Shown here: positions 19,560-29,116 of the stretch, piece by piece
How the letters are laid out: every line of letters begins with the position of its first letter
Position numbering within the stretch: the first letter of the stretch is position 1
The notes under the pieces: model-generated
The model's input: only the letters and a program-made list of their open reading frames with translations
The model's database searches: none
Told to the model about the DNA's origin: nothing
Position numbers and translations under genes: made by a program
Origin: an uncultured Clostridia bacterium
Lineage (GTDB): Bacteria; Bacillota; Clostridia; Christensenellales; UBA1242
NCBI GenBank assembly: GCA_934746645.1
Contig: CAKVFE010000002.1
Location: 26,044-90,043, forward strand
Direction of reading: 5' to 3'
Length of the DNA stretch: 64,000 bases

Positions 19560-20411
19560 TTATTTAAGTATGTTGTCAACAATACAATTACCAAAAAGTT
19601 GTCCCAATTTTAATTCGCTAACATCATTATAGTGCACACCACCACTAGTGATTAGTCCATTTATACCTTCTTCAATTAAATTGTCAATATGTGTATTTAT
19701 GAAGTAATTGGACTGATTTAATTGAGAAAACGCTAATTTTGCGTTGTTGACATCTCCATCATCTTTGATACTTGCGTCAACAAAATTTAGATTATTATCG
19801 CTTAGATATTTAGAAAAATCTTCTGTTAAATTGTTTTTAAAAGCAATTAAATTTTCATAATAATATTCGCCATAACTACCATTGTCTGTTTCGCCTTGCA
19901 TCCAACAAAAAGAAATTATTTTAGGCGTTTTATTAGATTTTGTTAGGTCACTTAATGCATTATTGACATTTTCTATCAATTTAGGGTAATATTGACCATT
20001 TTTTGACCAATCTAAATGTAAACTTGAACCACCATAGGCACATTTTATTATATAAAATTTGTCTTTAGGATATTTTTCATTTAAGACATCACATAATCCT
20101 AATTCTACACCAAAACTATTTTCGTGTGCACCAACACCTAGTTTATATTTTTGGAATGGTAAAACTTGTTCATTATCAATAGCAGAATATAACTGAATGT
20201 TGTCATAACCATTAACAAATTCGTTATATTTTTTAGAGCCTATAGATTGTTCTAGATTAAGCGAACTAGTAATACCAACCATATTTGATTGTCCAGATAG
20301 TATTATTACTTTTACTTCTTGATTTTTATTTGAACATCCAAATAAAATTGTAGATGACAACGCAACTAAAAATGTTGCTAAAATAAATAAATTTAAGATT
20401 TGTTTTCTCAT
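19560..20411 (-). CDS. Sialate O-acetylesterase-like (SGNH/DUF303) lipoprotein
   Basis: 283 aa. Lipobox LFGC. VIILSGQSNMVG is the hallmark catalytic-Ser block of the carbohydrate acetylesterase family. Confidence 0.65.
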   Translation of the reverse strand: MRKQILNLFILATFLVALSSTILFGCSNKNQEVKVIILSGQSNMVGITSSLNLEQSIGSKKYNEFVNGYDNIQLYSAIDNEQVLPFQKYKLGVGAHENSFGVELGLCDVLNEKYPKDKFYIIKCAYGGSSLHLDWSKNGQYYPKLIENVNNALSDLTKSNKTPKIISFCWMQGETDNGSYGEYYYENLIAFKNNLTEDFSKYLSDNNLNFVDASIKDDGDVNNAKLAFSQLNQSNYFINTHIDNLIEEGINGLITSGGVHYNDVSELKLGQLFGNCIVDNILK

Positions 20412-20585
20412 AAATACCTCAATAAATAATATGTATACAATATATTTATGTCAAGTAGATTTATTGTTTTAATTAAAAATTTGTATGATAATATTATGAT
20501 ATATAAAATGTCGTGTTATTTAGTTATAAAGCCAGTTTTGGGTTATATCGTATATTAATATACATATTTTTGTTTGCCTTTTTGT

Positions 20586-20614
20586 TTGCCTAAAAATATA
20601 AAATATGGTATTAT
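20586..20614 (+). promoter_or_regulatory. sigmaA-type promoter with extended -10
   Basis: TTGCCT, a 17-nt spacer, then TGgTATTAT, about 30 nt before the ferredoxin start. Confidence 0.4.
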
Positions 20615-20643
20615 CTATGTATCAATATTAAGGAGAGTTTAAT

Positions 20644-20817
20644 ATGGCAGCAGTAGTTGATAAAAATGTATGTGTAGGCTGTGGTGCGTGCACAATGACA
20701 TGTCCAGTTGAAGCTATCAAATTGGTTAATGGTACAGCACAAATTGATCCAGCAAAATGTATATCTTGTGGTGCTTGTGTTGCTACTTGCCCAGTAGGAG
20801 CTATTAAATTACAATAA
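20644..20817 (+). CDS. 2x[4Fe-4S] ferredoxin (57 aa; below the ORF-track size cutoff)
   Basis: MAAVVDKNVCVGCGACTMTCPVEAIKLVNGTAQIDPAKCISCGACVATCPVGAIKLQ contains two CxxCxxCxxxCP motifs. Strong SD AAGGAGA; a terminator follows. Confidence 0.85.
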   Translation: MAAVVDKNVCVGCGACTMTCPVEAIKLVNGTAQIDPAKCISCGACVATCPVGAIKLQ

Positions 20818-20834
20818 TATTATGGTAATTGAAG

Positions 20835-20871
20835 TTAATTTGTGATTTTTGGTTACAAATTAATTTTTTTT
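20835..20871 (+). terminator. Rho-independent terminator
   Basis: TTAATTTGT...ACAAATTAA hairpin plus a T-run. Confidence 0.5.
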
Positions 20872-21038
20872 GCTAAATTTGCAAAACATTCTATACAAAT
20901 TTTTTTAAATATGGTATATTATTATCGCATAGTGTGAAAAGTGTGTGCATTTTTCACTTTTAATGCGTTTACTAGTAGTTTTGAATTTGTGGTGGAAAGC
21001 AAAATTAGTAGAAATAGTAGAAAACGACAGATTAAGGA

Positions 21039-22556
21039 GTGTTCAGATTGGAAAAATTAGCAATTATTGAACTAGATACAACAAAATTAAAATTAGTTTT
21101 TGCTGATGTTATTAAAAATAAGTCTTTTTTGGTATACGACCATGTTGATGTTCCTATCAACCTTATGAAAGATTTTAATGACGAAAATATAATCAAGTCT
21201 ACTATTATAAAGGAAGTAGTATGTATTCTATCAGTATTTAAGAAGATGATTGATAGTGAAGGTATTACTGATGTTATTTGTGTGGCTACTAGTAAGATTA
21301 ATGAAGCAAAAAATCAAAATGGTTTCCTAAACGAAATATTTAGTATTACTAACTTAAAGTTTAATATATTAACTCCAGAACAAGAGATTAATTATATTTA
21401 TACTGCAGTTATCAATTCTTTCAACAAACCTAAAGCTTTGATAATTAGTGTATCAAATTATCAAACAGAATTGTTGTTGTACAATAGAAGAAATATACTT
21501 AATACTTGTGTTATCCCTTATGGCTCAGTCAACCTTGCTGAAAAGTTTAATGGCTTGACAACAAAAGAGATGATGGATAATGCAAAAGATTTTGTATATC
21601 AACAACTAAAAGAAAATGACTGGATATTTAATCTTGAAGAAGAATACGAGATTATTGGTACAGGAGATGTTTTCCTAAGCTTAGGTGAAGTAAGTAGACG
21701 AGCTAGAAAATATCCTTTACAAGTAGAACATAACTATACAATGTCTACTCAAGACTTAAATAAAGTTTATGATGTAGTATCCAATATGGAGATTACTAAA
21801 AACTCTAAGATAAAAGGTGTTTCTGTAGACGATACAAAAGCTATGCCAACAGGTCTTGCTATTATTTCTGCTATTGTCAATAACGGCAATAAGACCGAAT
21901 TGTCAATCAGTAAAAATGGCTTAATCAACGGCATTTTGCTTAATACAGTTATTCCTCTAACTTTAGAAAAACCAATTAGTGATAACTTAGGATATAGTCT
22001 TCAAGTTCTTAACGAATTTTATGATAAAAAACCTAATAATGCAGAACATGTTTATGATTTAAGTATGATATTATTTAAACAATTAAAAGTACTTCATAAA
22101 CTAAATCGTAGTTATGTTAGAGTATTGAGAGTTGCAAGTTATATGTATGCTTGTGGTTTGCGTGTAACCAACGACAATCCAGAAAAAATAAGTTTCAATA
22201 TTATACTTAACTCTAATATTTATGGTGTATCTCATAAAGAATTAGTTCTTGCAGCATTTACTTCTATATTAAGAGATGTTGACAACTTCAATTTAGCTGA
22301 TTGGGTTAAATATAAAGACTTAGTTAATGAAGAAGACCTTGACGCTGTAAAGAAACTTTCTGTTATACTTCAAATTGCTTCTAGTCTAGATTGCACAAAA
22401 TTTGGCAATGTAGTAGACATTAGCTGTGATATTTTAGGAGATAGCGTTATTATGAAAACTATCACTAAAGGCGAAGTTCCACTAGAAATTAGACAAGCAA
22501 AACTTTCAAGTATTGACTTTAAGCGTGCTTATAATAAAAATCTTGAAATTTTATAA
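21039..22556 (+). CDS. Ppx/GppA-family phosphatase (exopolyphosphatase-like)
   Basis: 505 aa. An N-terminal ASKHA-fold pattern (AIIELDTTKLKLVFADV, ...VATSKINEAKN) and a C-terminal HD-like helical region. GTG start after AAGGAG. Confidence 0.6.
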   Translation: MFRLEKLAIIELDTTKLKLVFADVIKNKSFLVYDHVDVPINLMKDFNDENIIKSTIIKEVVCILSVFKKMIDSEGITDVICVATSKINEAKNQNGFLNEIFSITNLKFNILTPEQEINYIYTAVINSFNKPKALIISVSNYQTELLLYNRRNILNTCVIPYGSVNLAEKFNGLTTKEMMDNAKDFVYQQLKENDWIFNLEEEYEIIGTGDVFLSLGEVSRRARKYPLQVEHNYTMSTQDLNKVYDVVSNMEITKNSKIKGVSVDDTKAMPTGLAIISAIVNNGNKTELSISKNGLINGILLNTVIPLTLEKPISDNLGYSLQVLNEFYDKKPNNAEHVYDLSMILFKQLKVLHKLNRSYVRVLRVASYMYACGLRVTNDNPEKISFNIILNSNIYGVSHKELVLAAFTSILRDVDNFNLADWVKYKDLVNEEDLDAVKKLSVILQIASSLDCTKFGNVVDISCDILGDSVIMKTITKGEVPLEIRQAKLSSIDFKRAYNKNLEIL

Positions 22557-22580
22557 AAAGTAAAAATATATTTAGTTTAA

Positions 22581-22608
22581 AAAACCATACTTTTTGTATG
22601 GTTTTTTG
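22581..22608 (+). terminator. Rho-independent terminator
   Basis: AAAACCATAC/GTATGGTTTT stem plus a T-run. Confidence 0.6.
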
Positions 22609-22656
22609 TTTTGAAAATTATTATATTTTGCTACAATATACTTAGAGGTAATAAAT

Positions 22657-23670
22657 ATGGCATTATTTAATCTTGGTATCGAACTAGGTACATCTAATAC
22701 AGTTATTTATATGGCTGGTTTAGGTGTGGTATTAAAAGAACCTTCTTGTATTGCAGTTGAAACTGTCAATAATAAAAGAGTAGTTAAATGCGTAGGTAAT
22801 GAAGCTAAAAAACTTATTGGTAAAACTAATGAAAGTATAGAAGTTGTTTGGCCAATATGTGAAGGTGTTATATGCAACTTTCAATTAGCAAAACTTATGC
22901 TTAAGGAATTTTTAAAGAAAGTAGCACCTACAGGACTATTTAAACCTAAAAATCGTGTAGTTTTTGCACACCCTTGTGGACTAACTAAAGAAGAAAAAGA
23001 CAAGTTGAGAGATTTGGCTTATTCTCTTGGTATCACAACAATAGGATTTGTACCAGCTGGAGTATGTGGACTTATAGGAATGGAAGTTGAAGAAAACGAC
23101 CTAAATTCACATATGATAGTTAATATTGGTGGTGGTGTAACCGATATATGTATTGTTAATAACAATCATATTATTAGAGGTGCAACTATCAATGTCGGTG
23201 GCAATCAAATAGATGCACATATATACGATTATATTAAAGAACAATATCAAATAGAATTGGGACAAAATACTGTAGAAACTATAAAAAATAGTATTGGCTC
23301 TTTGCTTGTAAATGATATTAGTTCAATTAATGTAGTTGGTATGGAAATTGATACTAAAAGACGCACAGAAATTAAATTGTTTTCACAAGACATTTTACCT
23401 ATACTTGAAGGAGCATTTGGCAAGATTGCCGAAGCCTGCGAATCATTGATTAGTATGTGTAGTAGTGAAGTGTTAAAAGATATTAATCAATTAGGACTTT
23501 ATGTCTGTGGCGGTGTAAGCAATATAACAGGTGTAGATAAGTTCTTATCAAAATTGTTACAATTACCAGTTTATGTAGACCCAGATGCTGAAAGTACAGT
23601 AATTTTGGGATTGGGTAATTTGTTAAACAACCAAAATTTCTTATTGGAATTATGCAAAAATTATAAATAA
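22657..23670 (+). CDS. mreB: Rod-shape determining actin homolog MreB/Mbl
   Basis: 337 aa. GIELGTSNTVIY phosphate-1 motif, VNIGGGVTDICIV, and GGVSNITGVDKFLSKLL. Confidence 0.8.
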   Translation: MALFNLGIELGTSNTVIYMAGLGVVLKEPSCIAVETVNNKRVVKCVGNEAKKLIGKTNESIEVVWPICEGVICNFQLAKLMLKEFLKKVAPTGLFKPKNRVVFAHPCGLTKEEKDKLRDLAYSLGITTIGFVPAGVCGLIGMEVEENDLNSHMIVNIGGGVTDICIVNNNHIIRGATINVGGNQIDAHIYDYIKEQYQIELGQNTVETIKNSIGSLLVNDISSINVVGMEIDTKRRTEIKLFSQDILPILEGAFGKIAEACESLISMCSSEVLKDINQLGLYVCGGVSNITGVDKFLSKLLQLPVYVDPDAESTVILGLGNLLNNQNFLLELCKNYK

Positions 23671-23705
23671 TCAAAATAAGATATAAATAATTAATTAAAT
23701 TGTAG

Positions 23706-23742
23706 AATAATTTGGTTTTATGTAAACCAGATTATTTTTTTT
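23706..23742 (+). terminator. Rho-independent terminator
   Basis: ATAATTTGGTTT...AAACCAGATTAT hairpin plus a T-run. Confidence 0.5.
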
Positions 23743-23854
23743 ATGTTTAAAAAAGATATTAAATTTACAATAGTTTTTTTTAACATTAAACTTACAATGT
23801 TATCTAAATTAAAATGATTTATAGTTTAAATACATATTAAAAATAAGGAGAAAT

Positions 23855-24649
23855 ATGGCACGCAAAATTGTTGTAACATCAGGTAAGGGTGGAGTTGGAA
23901 AAACTACTATTACTACCAATATTGGTATAGCACTTAGCAATATGGATTTAAAAGTGTTGGTTATGGATGTGGATTTTGGACTTAATAATTTAGATGTTGT
24001 GCTAGGTGTCGAAAATAGGGTGGTCTATGATGTTATTGATGTTCTTAATGGCAAATGTAGGGCTAAGCAAGCATTGATACAAGATTTTTTCAATCCTAAT
24101 TTGTATATTTTGCCAAGTGTTCATTCGGTCAATAATATCAATATTAGTAGCGAGCAAATCAAGTTTATAATATCTCAATTAGAGAGTATGTTTGACTATA
24201 TTCTTATAGATTGCCCAGCCGGAATTGAAGTTGGATTCCACAGAGCAGTCAAATGTTCCGATGAAGCTATAGTTGTTACAACTCCACATATTTCTGCTAT
24301 AAGAGATGCTGATAAAGTTTTGACTTTACTTAATAGTTACAATTTAAATGATGTAAAAATGATAGTCAATAGAGTTAGAGGCGACTTAATTGCTAGTAAA
24401 GAAATGTATAATGCAGAAACCATAAAAGAGTTTTTAAATGTAGATTTGCTTGGTGTTGTGCCAGAAGATGATGATATCAACTTGTCATTAAATATTGGAC
24501 AACAAATCAACAAAAATAGTACTGCATATTCTGCCTTTAATATGATTGCTCGCAATATAAATTATGGAGAAAGAAACATATTCGACTATACAAAAAAGTA
24601 TAGAGGTCTGATTGGTAATATAAGAAAAAAGATTAGGAAGTATGTGTAG
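23855..24649 (+). CDS. minD: Septum site-determining ATPase MinD
   Basis: 264 aa. Deviant Walker A SGKGGVGKTT and a C-terminal amphipathic tail. Confidence 0.9.
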   Translation: MARKIVVTSGKGGVGKTTITTNIGIALSNMDLKVLVMDVDFGLNNLDVVLGVENRVVYDVIDVLNGKCRAKQALIQDFFNPNLYILPSVHSVNNINISSEQIKFIISQLESMFDYILIDCPAGIEVGFHRAVKCSDEAIVVTTPHISAIRDADKVLTLLNSYNLNDVKMIVNRVRGDLIASKEMYNAETIKEFLNVDLLGVVPEDDDINLSLNIGQQINKNSTAYSAFNMIARNINYGERNIFDYTKKYRGLIGNIRKKIRKYV

Positions 24650-24889
24650 ATGAAAGCATTAAAGTTTGAAGATAGATTGAAAAATGTTTTGGTTAGTGAC
24701 AAGCAAGACAATCCATTAAAAGTTGTCAATGTTATTAAATCTGATATTTTAAAAGTGCTACAAAATTATATGAACATATCTAGTGAAGACCTTGATGTCA
24801 ACATAACTGTCGATGAATATGGTAACTTTATTTTCAACTCCTATGCTAAAGTTAGAAGACTAAAATCTTTAAGTGCAATATTGGATTAA
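24650..24889 (+). CDS. minE: Cell division topological specificity factor MinE
   Basis: 79 aa. Starts immediately after the minD stop; size and position are typical of MinE. Confidence 0.7.
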   Translation: MKALKFEDRLKNVLVSDKQDNPLKVVNVIKSDILKVLQNYMNISSEDLDVNITVDEYGNFIFNSYAKVRRLKSLSAILD

Positions 24890-24944
24890 TAGTAATAATA
24901 ACCACTTTTTTGTCATATTATTTTTATAAGAAAAGTGGGGAATT

Positions 24945-25556
24945 ATGAAAATAAAAGTATGTTCACTTACAAAAAAATCAATACAACATTTGTATGTAAA
25001 GAAAATCAATAAACACAATTTTGTCACATTTGGCATAATGCTTTTGATGGTTATGCTAAGCGTATTGGGTATAAAATATATAGATGTGTTTAATGGTTAT
25101 GACCAACTGTGTACCGAAATATACAATCCTATTGACGCATTATTTAATGACAATGGTGGTATAGTTTTTACTAGCAAAATGCTAAACAATATCAATAAAA
25201 ATAATCTAAAATTTGTAACTCCAATTAAGTGCAGTGATATATCAATTGTTGATGATACAATCAATTATGTTATAGATAATAGCATTATGATTATTGCTCC
25301 TGAAGATGGAATAATTAAAAGTATTGGGTATCTACCTAATGGCGAAAAATATATAGAAATTGCACATTCTAAAAACATTGTTTCTAGATTGGAAAACATA
25401 TATATTACTGGTGTAGTAACAGGTCAAGTAGTGGCAAAAGGTAAGGACATTGCTACAGCTCGTATGGACTCAGTTGTTAGATTTTCTATATATGAAGATG
25501 GTACAAAAATTAGCAATCTTAAACTAAATAAAAATGTGATAACATGGGAAAATTGA
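24945..25556 (+). CDS. spoIVFA: SpoIVFA-like membrane protein with a degenerate M23/LytM domain
   Basis: 203 aa. N-terminal TM. The C-terminal M23 beta-barrel pattern (PEDGIIKSIGYLPNGEKYIEIAHSKNIVSRLENI...GQVVAKGKDIA) lacks the metal ligands. Overlaps the downstream M50 protease gene by 13 nt, as with spoIVFA-spoIVFB after minD in Bacillus. Confidence 0.55.
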   Translation: MKIKVCSLTKKSIQHLYVKKINKHNFVTFGIMLLMVMLSVLGIKYIDVFNGYDQLCTEIYNPIDALFNDNGGIVFTSKMLNNINKNNLKFVTPIKCSDISIVDDTINYVIDNSIMIIAPEDGIIKSIGYLPNGEKYIEIAHSKNIVSRLENIYITGVVTGQVVAKGKDIATARMDSVVRFSIYEDGTKISNLKLNKNVITWEN

Positions 25557-26395
25557 AAGTAGAGTTTCATCCAATATTTATTTTATTTTCATTTCTTATT
25601 GTGTATTTTGGTTGGTTTTATCAATTTTTAATATATTTTTTAGTTTTGTGTTTACACGAGTTTGCACACTATTTTGTGGCAAAAAGACTAGGGTATATGT
25701 TAAATAAGGTAGTGTTTATGCCATACGGTGCTGGTTTGGGTGGTAAAAATCAAATAATACTTCCTAAGCACGAAATCGCTATTGCATTAGCTGGACCACT
25801 ATTTAATATGATATTGGTACTACTAACAATTGTTGTTTGGTGGGTCTATCCATTAAGTTATGCATACACTGATATATTTGTAATGGCTAATTTAAGTTTG
25901 GGTGTATTTAACCTTTTACCGTTGTTTCCATTAGATGGTGGTAGAGTATTAGTTTGTCTATTATCCAATAAAATAAAAAGACAAAAAGTATATTTGATAA
26001 TGAAGATAATGGGTATAATTGGCAGTGTGATTTTTGCGACATTATTTGTTTTGTCTGTGTTTACTAAAGTCAATTTAACATTCTTTTTTATATCATTATT
26101 TTTATTTACATCTTGCTTTGGTAATGATGTTAATGTGTATTTTGAAAGGACTCATATTGTCAATTTTTCAAAAAATATCACAAGTCCAATTCCTATTCAA
26201 CATTATGTTGTAGATAAAAATACTCCTTTATATAAAATGGTCAAATATTTAAAATCTGGATACTATGTTGTATTTTATGTTATGGATAACAATAAGATAG
26301 TTAAAGTAATAACCGAACAAGAAATTTTGAAAATGATAGAAAATAATAATATAGAAACAATGGTAATAGATAAGTATAAAAATAAGCAAACTTAA
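25544..26395 (+). CDS. spoIVFB: Site-2 (M50) intramembrane metalloprotease, SpoIVFB-type
   Basis: 283 aa. HEFAHYFVAKRLG (HExxH), NLLPLFPLDGGRV (the LDG motif), and a C-terminal CBS-like domain. Confidence 0.7.
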   Translation: MGKLKVEFHPIFILFSFLIVYFGWFYQFLIYFLVLCLHEFAHYFVAKRLGYMLNKVVFMPYGAGLGGKNQIILPKHEIAIALAGPLFNMILVLLTIVVWWVYPLSYAYTDIFVMANLSLGVFNLLPLFPLDGGRVLVCLLSNKIKRQKVYLIMKIMGIIGSVIFATLFVLSVFTKVNLTFFFISLFLFTSCFGNDVNVYFERTHIVNFSKNITSPIPIQHYVVDKNTPLYKMVKYLKSGYYVVFYVMDNNKIVKVITEQEILKMIENNNIETMVIDKYKNKQT

Positions 26396-26466
26396 AAGTT
26401 AAAGTTTGCTTTTTTATTTTTTATAGATGTGGTATGATATATTTAGATATAAAAGGTGGATTAGTT

Positions 26467-28737
26467 ATGCCATATTACATTACAAAAGAAATTATTAATA
26501 AAGCAGTGCTTAATATTTTTAATGATGTTAATTTAGACAATCGCATTATTGGACAGATTGGCGAAGACTTAAACAACGAAACATTTACTACAACTGATGA
26601 TACTAATTTGTGTGATGTTTTGTCTAAAGTTAGTCTTAATGATAGTGGTTTGTACAATGTGTCTGATATGTTATTCCAGTTAAGGGATTATAGATTTTAT
26701 TTGGGATACATTGTAAGGTTGTTGCTTAATAGTCGTCACTATGATGAGATAGCAAAATTTTTCTCTCATATGTTTGTTAATCATATAGGTGATGTTAGTT
26801 ATGTAAGTAAAGATTATAACTATGAATACAACGAAAGATATTTTGATAGATTTGTAGAATCAGTTAAATATTGCCAAATTGACAACTTCAAAATTTTGCC
26901 ATTTTTGTTTTATATTTACAATAGTGATTCTAATGCTCCTTGTCATAAATTTTTGCGTCCTGCACTTGAATTTTTAAAAGGTATTATTACCAACAACGAG
27001 GCAAGTTATCTAAATTATATTAATGACGAAAAATTATACAAAACAGGTTATCGTATATATTTAGATGTGTTTGATACTAAAGGTGCACAACGATTGATAG
27101 ACAACCTTATCAATGAAAACTATTTTTCTAAAGACGACTTAGTAGAATTGTTTTTATATAAAAAAGATGTATGCCTTAATGAATTGAGAGAGTACATTTT
27201 GTGTCAAGTAGGTGAGAAGCAAATTGTTGCACTTAAATTTTATTTATGTTTTTCACAAGATGTAAAATCTACTTTGCCAAAATTGTATGAAAAACTAACA
27301 GATGAAAATGTAAAAGCTTTGTTGAAAGATGAGATTGAATTAAGTAAGACTACTAAGTTTGAAACAATTAAAGATTTTGTTGACTATGTCGAACTTAATA
27401 ATGATATTGAAACCATAGAAGGTATAAGTACAAAATATCTAATATATTTTAAAAACAATCAAAGAGTTGGAGATAAAGTTTTAACTTATATCCTTAATAT
27501 GTTTAAAAATATTTCTTCTCCAATAGTTATAACAAAATATAGATATCTAAAAGATTTCTTTACTGATGCCGAACTAGACAATCTTGGTACTAGATTGTTG
27601 TTTGGTATGAACAACACAATTACAGAAGACAACAAATGGATTGTTGCTTATGTGTGTGCAATGTGTTCGCAAGATACAATATCCAACTTAGTTGATATGA
27701 CACCAACTTGTCTTGGCAATACCGAATTAAGCAGTTTTGTTTTGGGCTGTTTGGTCGAAACCAACAATGCAAAAGTTATTAGTCTAATCAAACAATTGTA
27801 TATGGAAAGCAATAACAAACAAGTATACTACAATTATTTGGAATTGCTTGCCCACAACAATTCAATGACGGCATTGGATTATTTAGACGAAATGGTATCC
27901 AACTATGGATTAGATGACAACTGTACTAGACAGATTGTTTGCAATGGCGAAACATTATTGTTTGAGATAACGGACAATTTGAGTGTTAAAGTTCGCAATC
28001 TAAACACATATCAATATGTCAATTTAAGCAATCCACAATTTGTGGACACTGCCAATGCCATAGATTATTACAATAATTTAAGTATGGAAATTCGCAATCA
28101 AATCGACAAATTTAATAATGCATACCTTACTCGCAGGACTTGGACTATTGCTACTTTTATTGCCAATATTTTGTCCAATCCAATATTGAAAAAGATAAGC
28201 ACAACTCTTACTTGGGGTGCTTATGAAAAAGATAGTTTAATCAAAATTTATGATAGTTCGTTAGATGTAATGCAAGAAACCAATCAATATGTAAAAATTG
28301 CATTGGTACATCCTGTTGAATTGCAAAAACCAATTTTCAAATCTTTTGAACCATTTAGACAACTTAACAAGTGTGTATTTGTTGCCAATAATTCCAATTA
28401 TTCCAATAAGTGTTGCAATGAATTTAATGGCATAATGGTTAATGATATCTCATTTAATACTAGACTTAGAGTTAGAGGGTATAAGATGAGTGCAAATAAT
28501 GACTCTTATTATTACAAGAGATTTGATAAAGACAATTTGCTTGTAAAAGTCGAACTTATCAAAACTTCATCTCGAAGTACAAGTATAATAGGCAATATTA
28601 AGTTCTACAATCTTAATTTGGTTGAAACAACCAACCATAAATACAACCTTGTTGATACTCAACCAGAAGATATTGGAAGTGTCAATAAGCGTATTTATAG
28701 TGATGTGCTTAACGATGTCTATGAAGCAAGCTATTAA
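26467..28737 (+). CDS. Large cytoplasmic protein, possibly DUF4132 family
   Basis: Start moved to the ATG at 26467 (SD AAAGGTGGA). The C-terminal segment TWGAYEKDSLIKIY...VKIALVHPVEL...FEPFRQLNKCVF resembles the DUF4132 signature as I remember it. No TM or signal peptide. Confidence 0.4.
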   Translation: MPYYITKEIINKAVLNIFNDVNLDNRIIGQIGEDLNNETFTTTDDTNLCDVLSKVSLNDSGLYNVSDMLFQLRDYRFYLGYIVRLLLNSRHYDEIAKFFSHMFVNHIGDVSYVSKDYNYEYNERYFDRFVESVKYCQIDNFKILPFLFYIYNSDSNAPCHKFLRPALEFLKGIITNNEASYLNYINDEKLYKTGYRIYLDVFDTKGAQRLIDNLINENYFSKDDLVELFLYKKDVCLNELREYILCQVGEKQIVALKFYLCFSQDVKSTLPKLYEKLTDENVKALLKDEIELSKTTKFETIKDFVDYVELNNDIETIEGISTKYLIYFKNNQRVGDKVLTYILNMFKNISSPIVITKYRYLKDFFTDAELDNLGTRLLFGMNNTITEDNKWIVAYVCAMCSQDTISNLVDMTPTCLGNTELSSFVLGCLVETNNAKVISLIKQLYMESNNKQVYYNYLELLAHNNSMTALDYLDEMVSNYGLDDNCTRQIVCNGETLLFEITDNLSVKVRNLNTYQYVNLSNPQFVDTANAIDYYNNLSMEIRNQIDKFNNAYLTRRTWTIATFIANILSNPILKKISTTLTWGAYEKDSLIKIYDSSLDVMQETNQYVKIALVHPVELQKPIFKSFEPFRQLNKCVFVANNSNYSNKCCNEFNGIMVNDISFNTRLRVRGYKMSANNDSYYYKRFDKDNLLVKVELIKTSSRSTSIIGNIKFYNLNLVETTNHKYNLVDTQPEDIGSVNKRIYSDVLNDVYEASY

Positions 28738-28869
28738 AAAAATAAATTTTAATAAAAAAGACATTAATACCGATTAGTTAAAAATTAAGATATATTTTTC
28801 ATTATTAATTATCTTAAATTTATATACTATTGGTTTAATGTCTTTTTTTAGTTTTGTAAATGGATAATC

Positions 28870-29022
28870 CTAATTATTGTTAGGTATAAAAGTATCGTTG
28901 CCACAGTTGGGACAAGCAAGCAATATACCATTGTTGTCGTGGTCTATATGTGTACCACAATTACAACAGATGTATTCGCCTTTTGGTTGATAAGTGTTGC
29001 ATTGACAAATATTATTGTCCAT
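28870..29022 (-). CDS. Small zinc-ribbon protein (50 aa; not in the ORF track)
   Basis: MDNNICQCNTYQPKGEYICCNCGTHIDHDNNGILLACPNCGNDTFIPNNN has CxC, CCNC and CPNC clusters. SD AGGA lies 8 nt upstream. Confidence 0.45.
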   Translation of the reverse strand: MDNNICQCNTYQPKGEYICCNCGTHIDHDNNGILLACPNCGNDTFIPNNN

Positions 29023-29116
29023 AACATATCCTTTTTTTATTTAGTTTAATTAAATTGTCAAAAAATATACAATTACATTTTTTATATTAATTATATTTTG
29101 ATATACTTATGAAGTT

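Noticed and set aside
20941-21038. Hairpin GTGAAAA...TTTTCAC in the ppx leader as an attenuator or riboswitch
   Set aside because: It is a single short hairpin with no alternative pairing or conserved riboswitch core that I can recognise. The evidence is insufficient.
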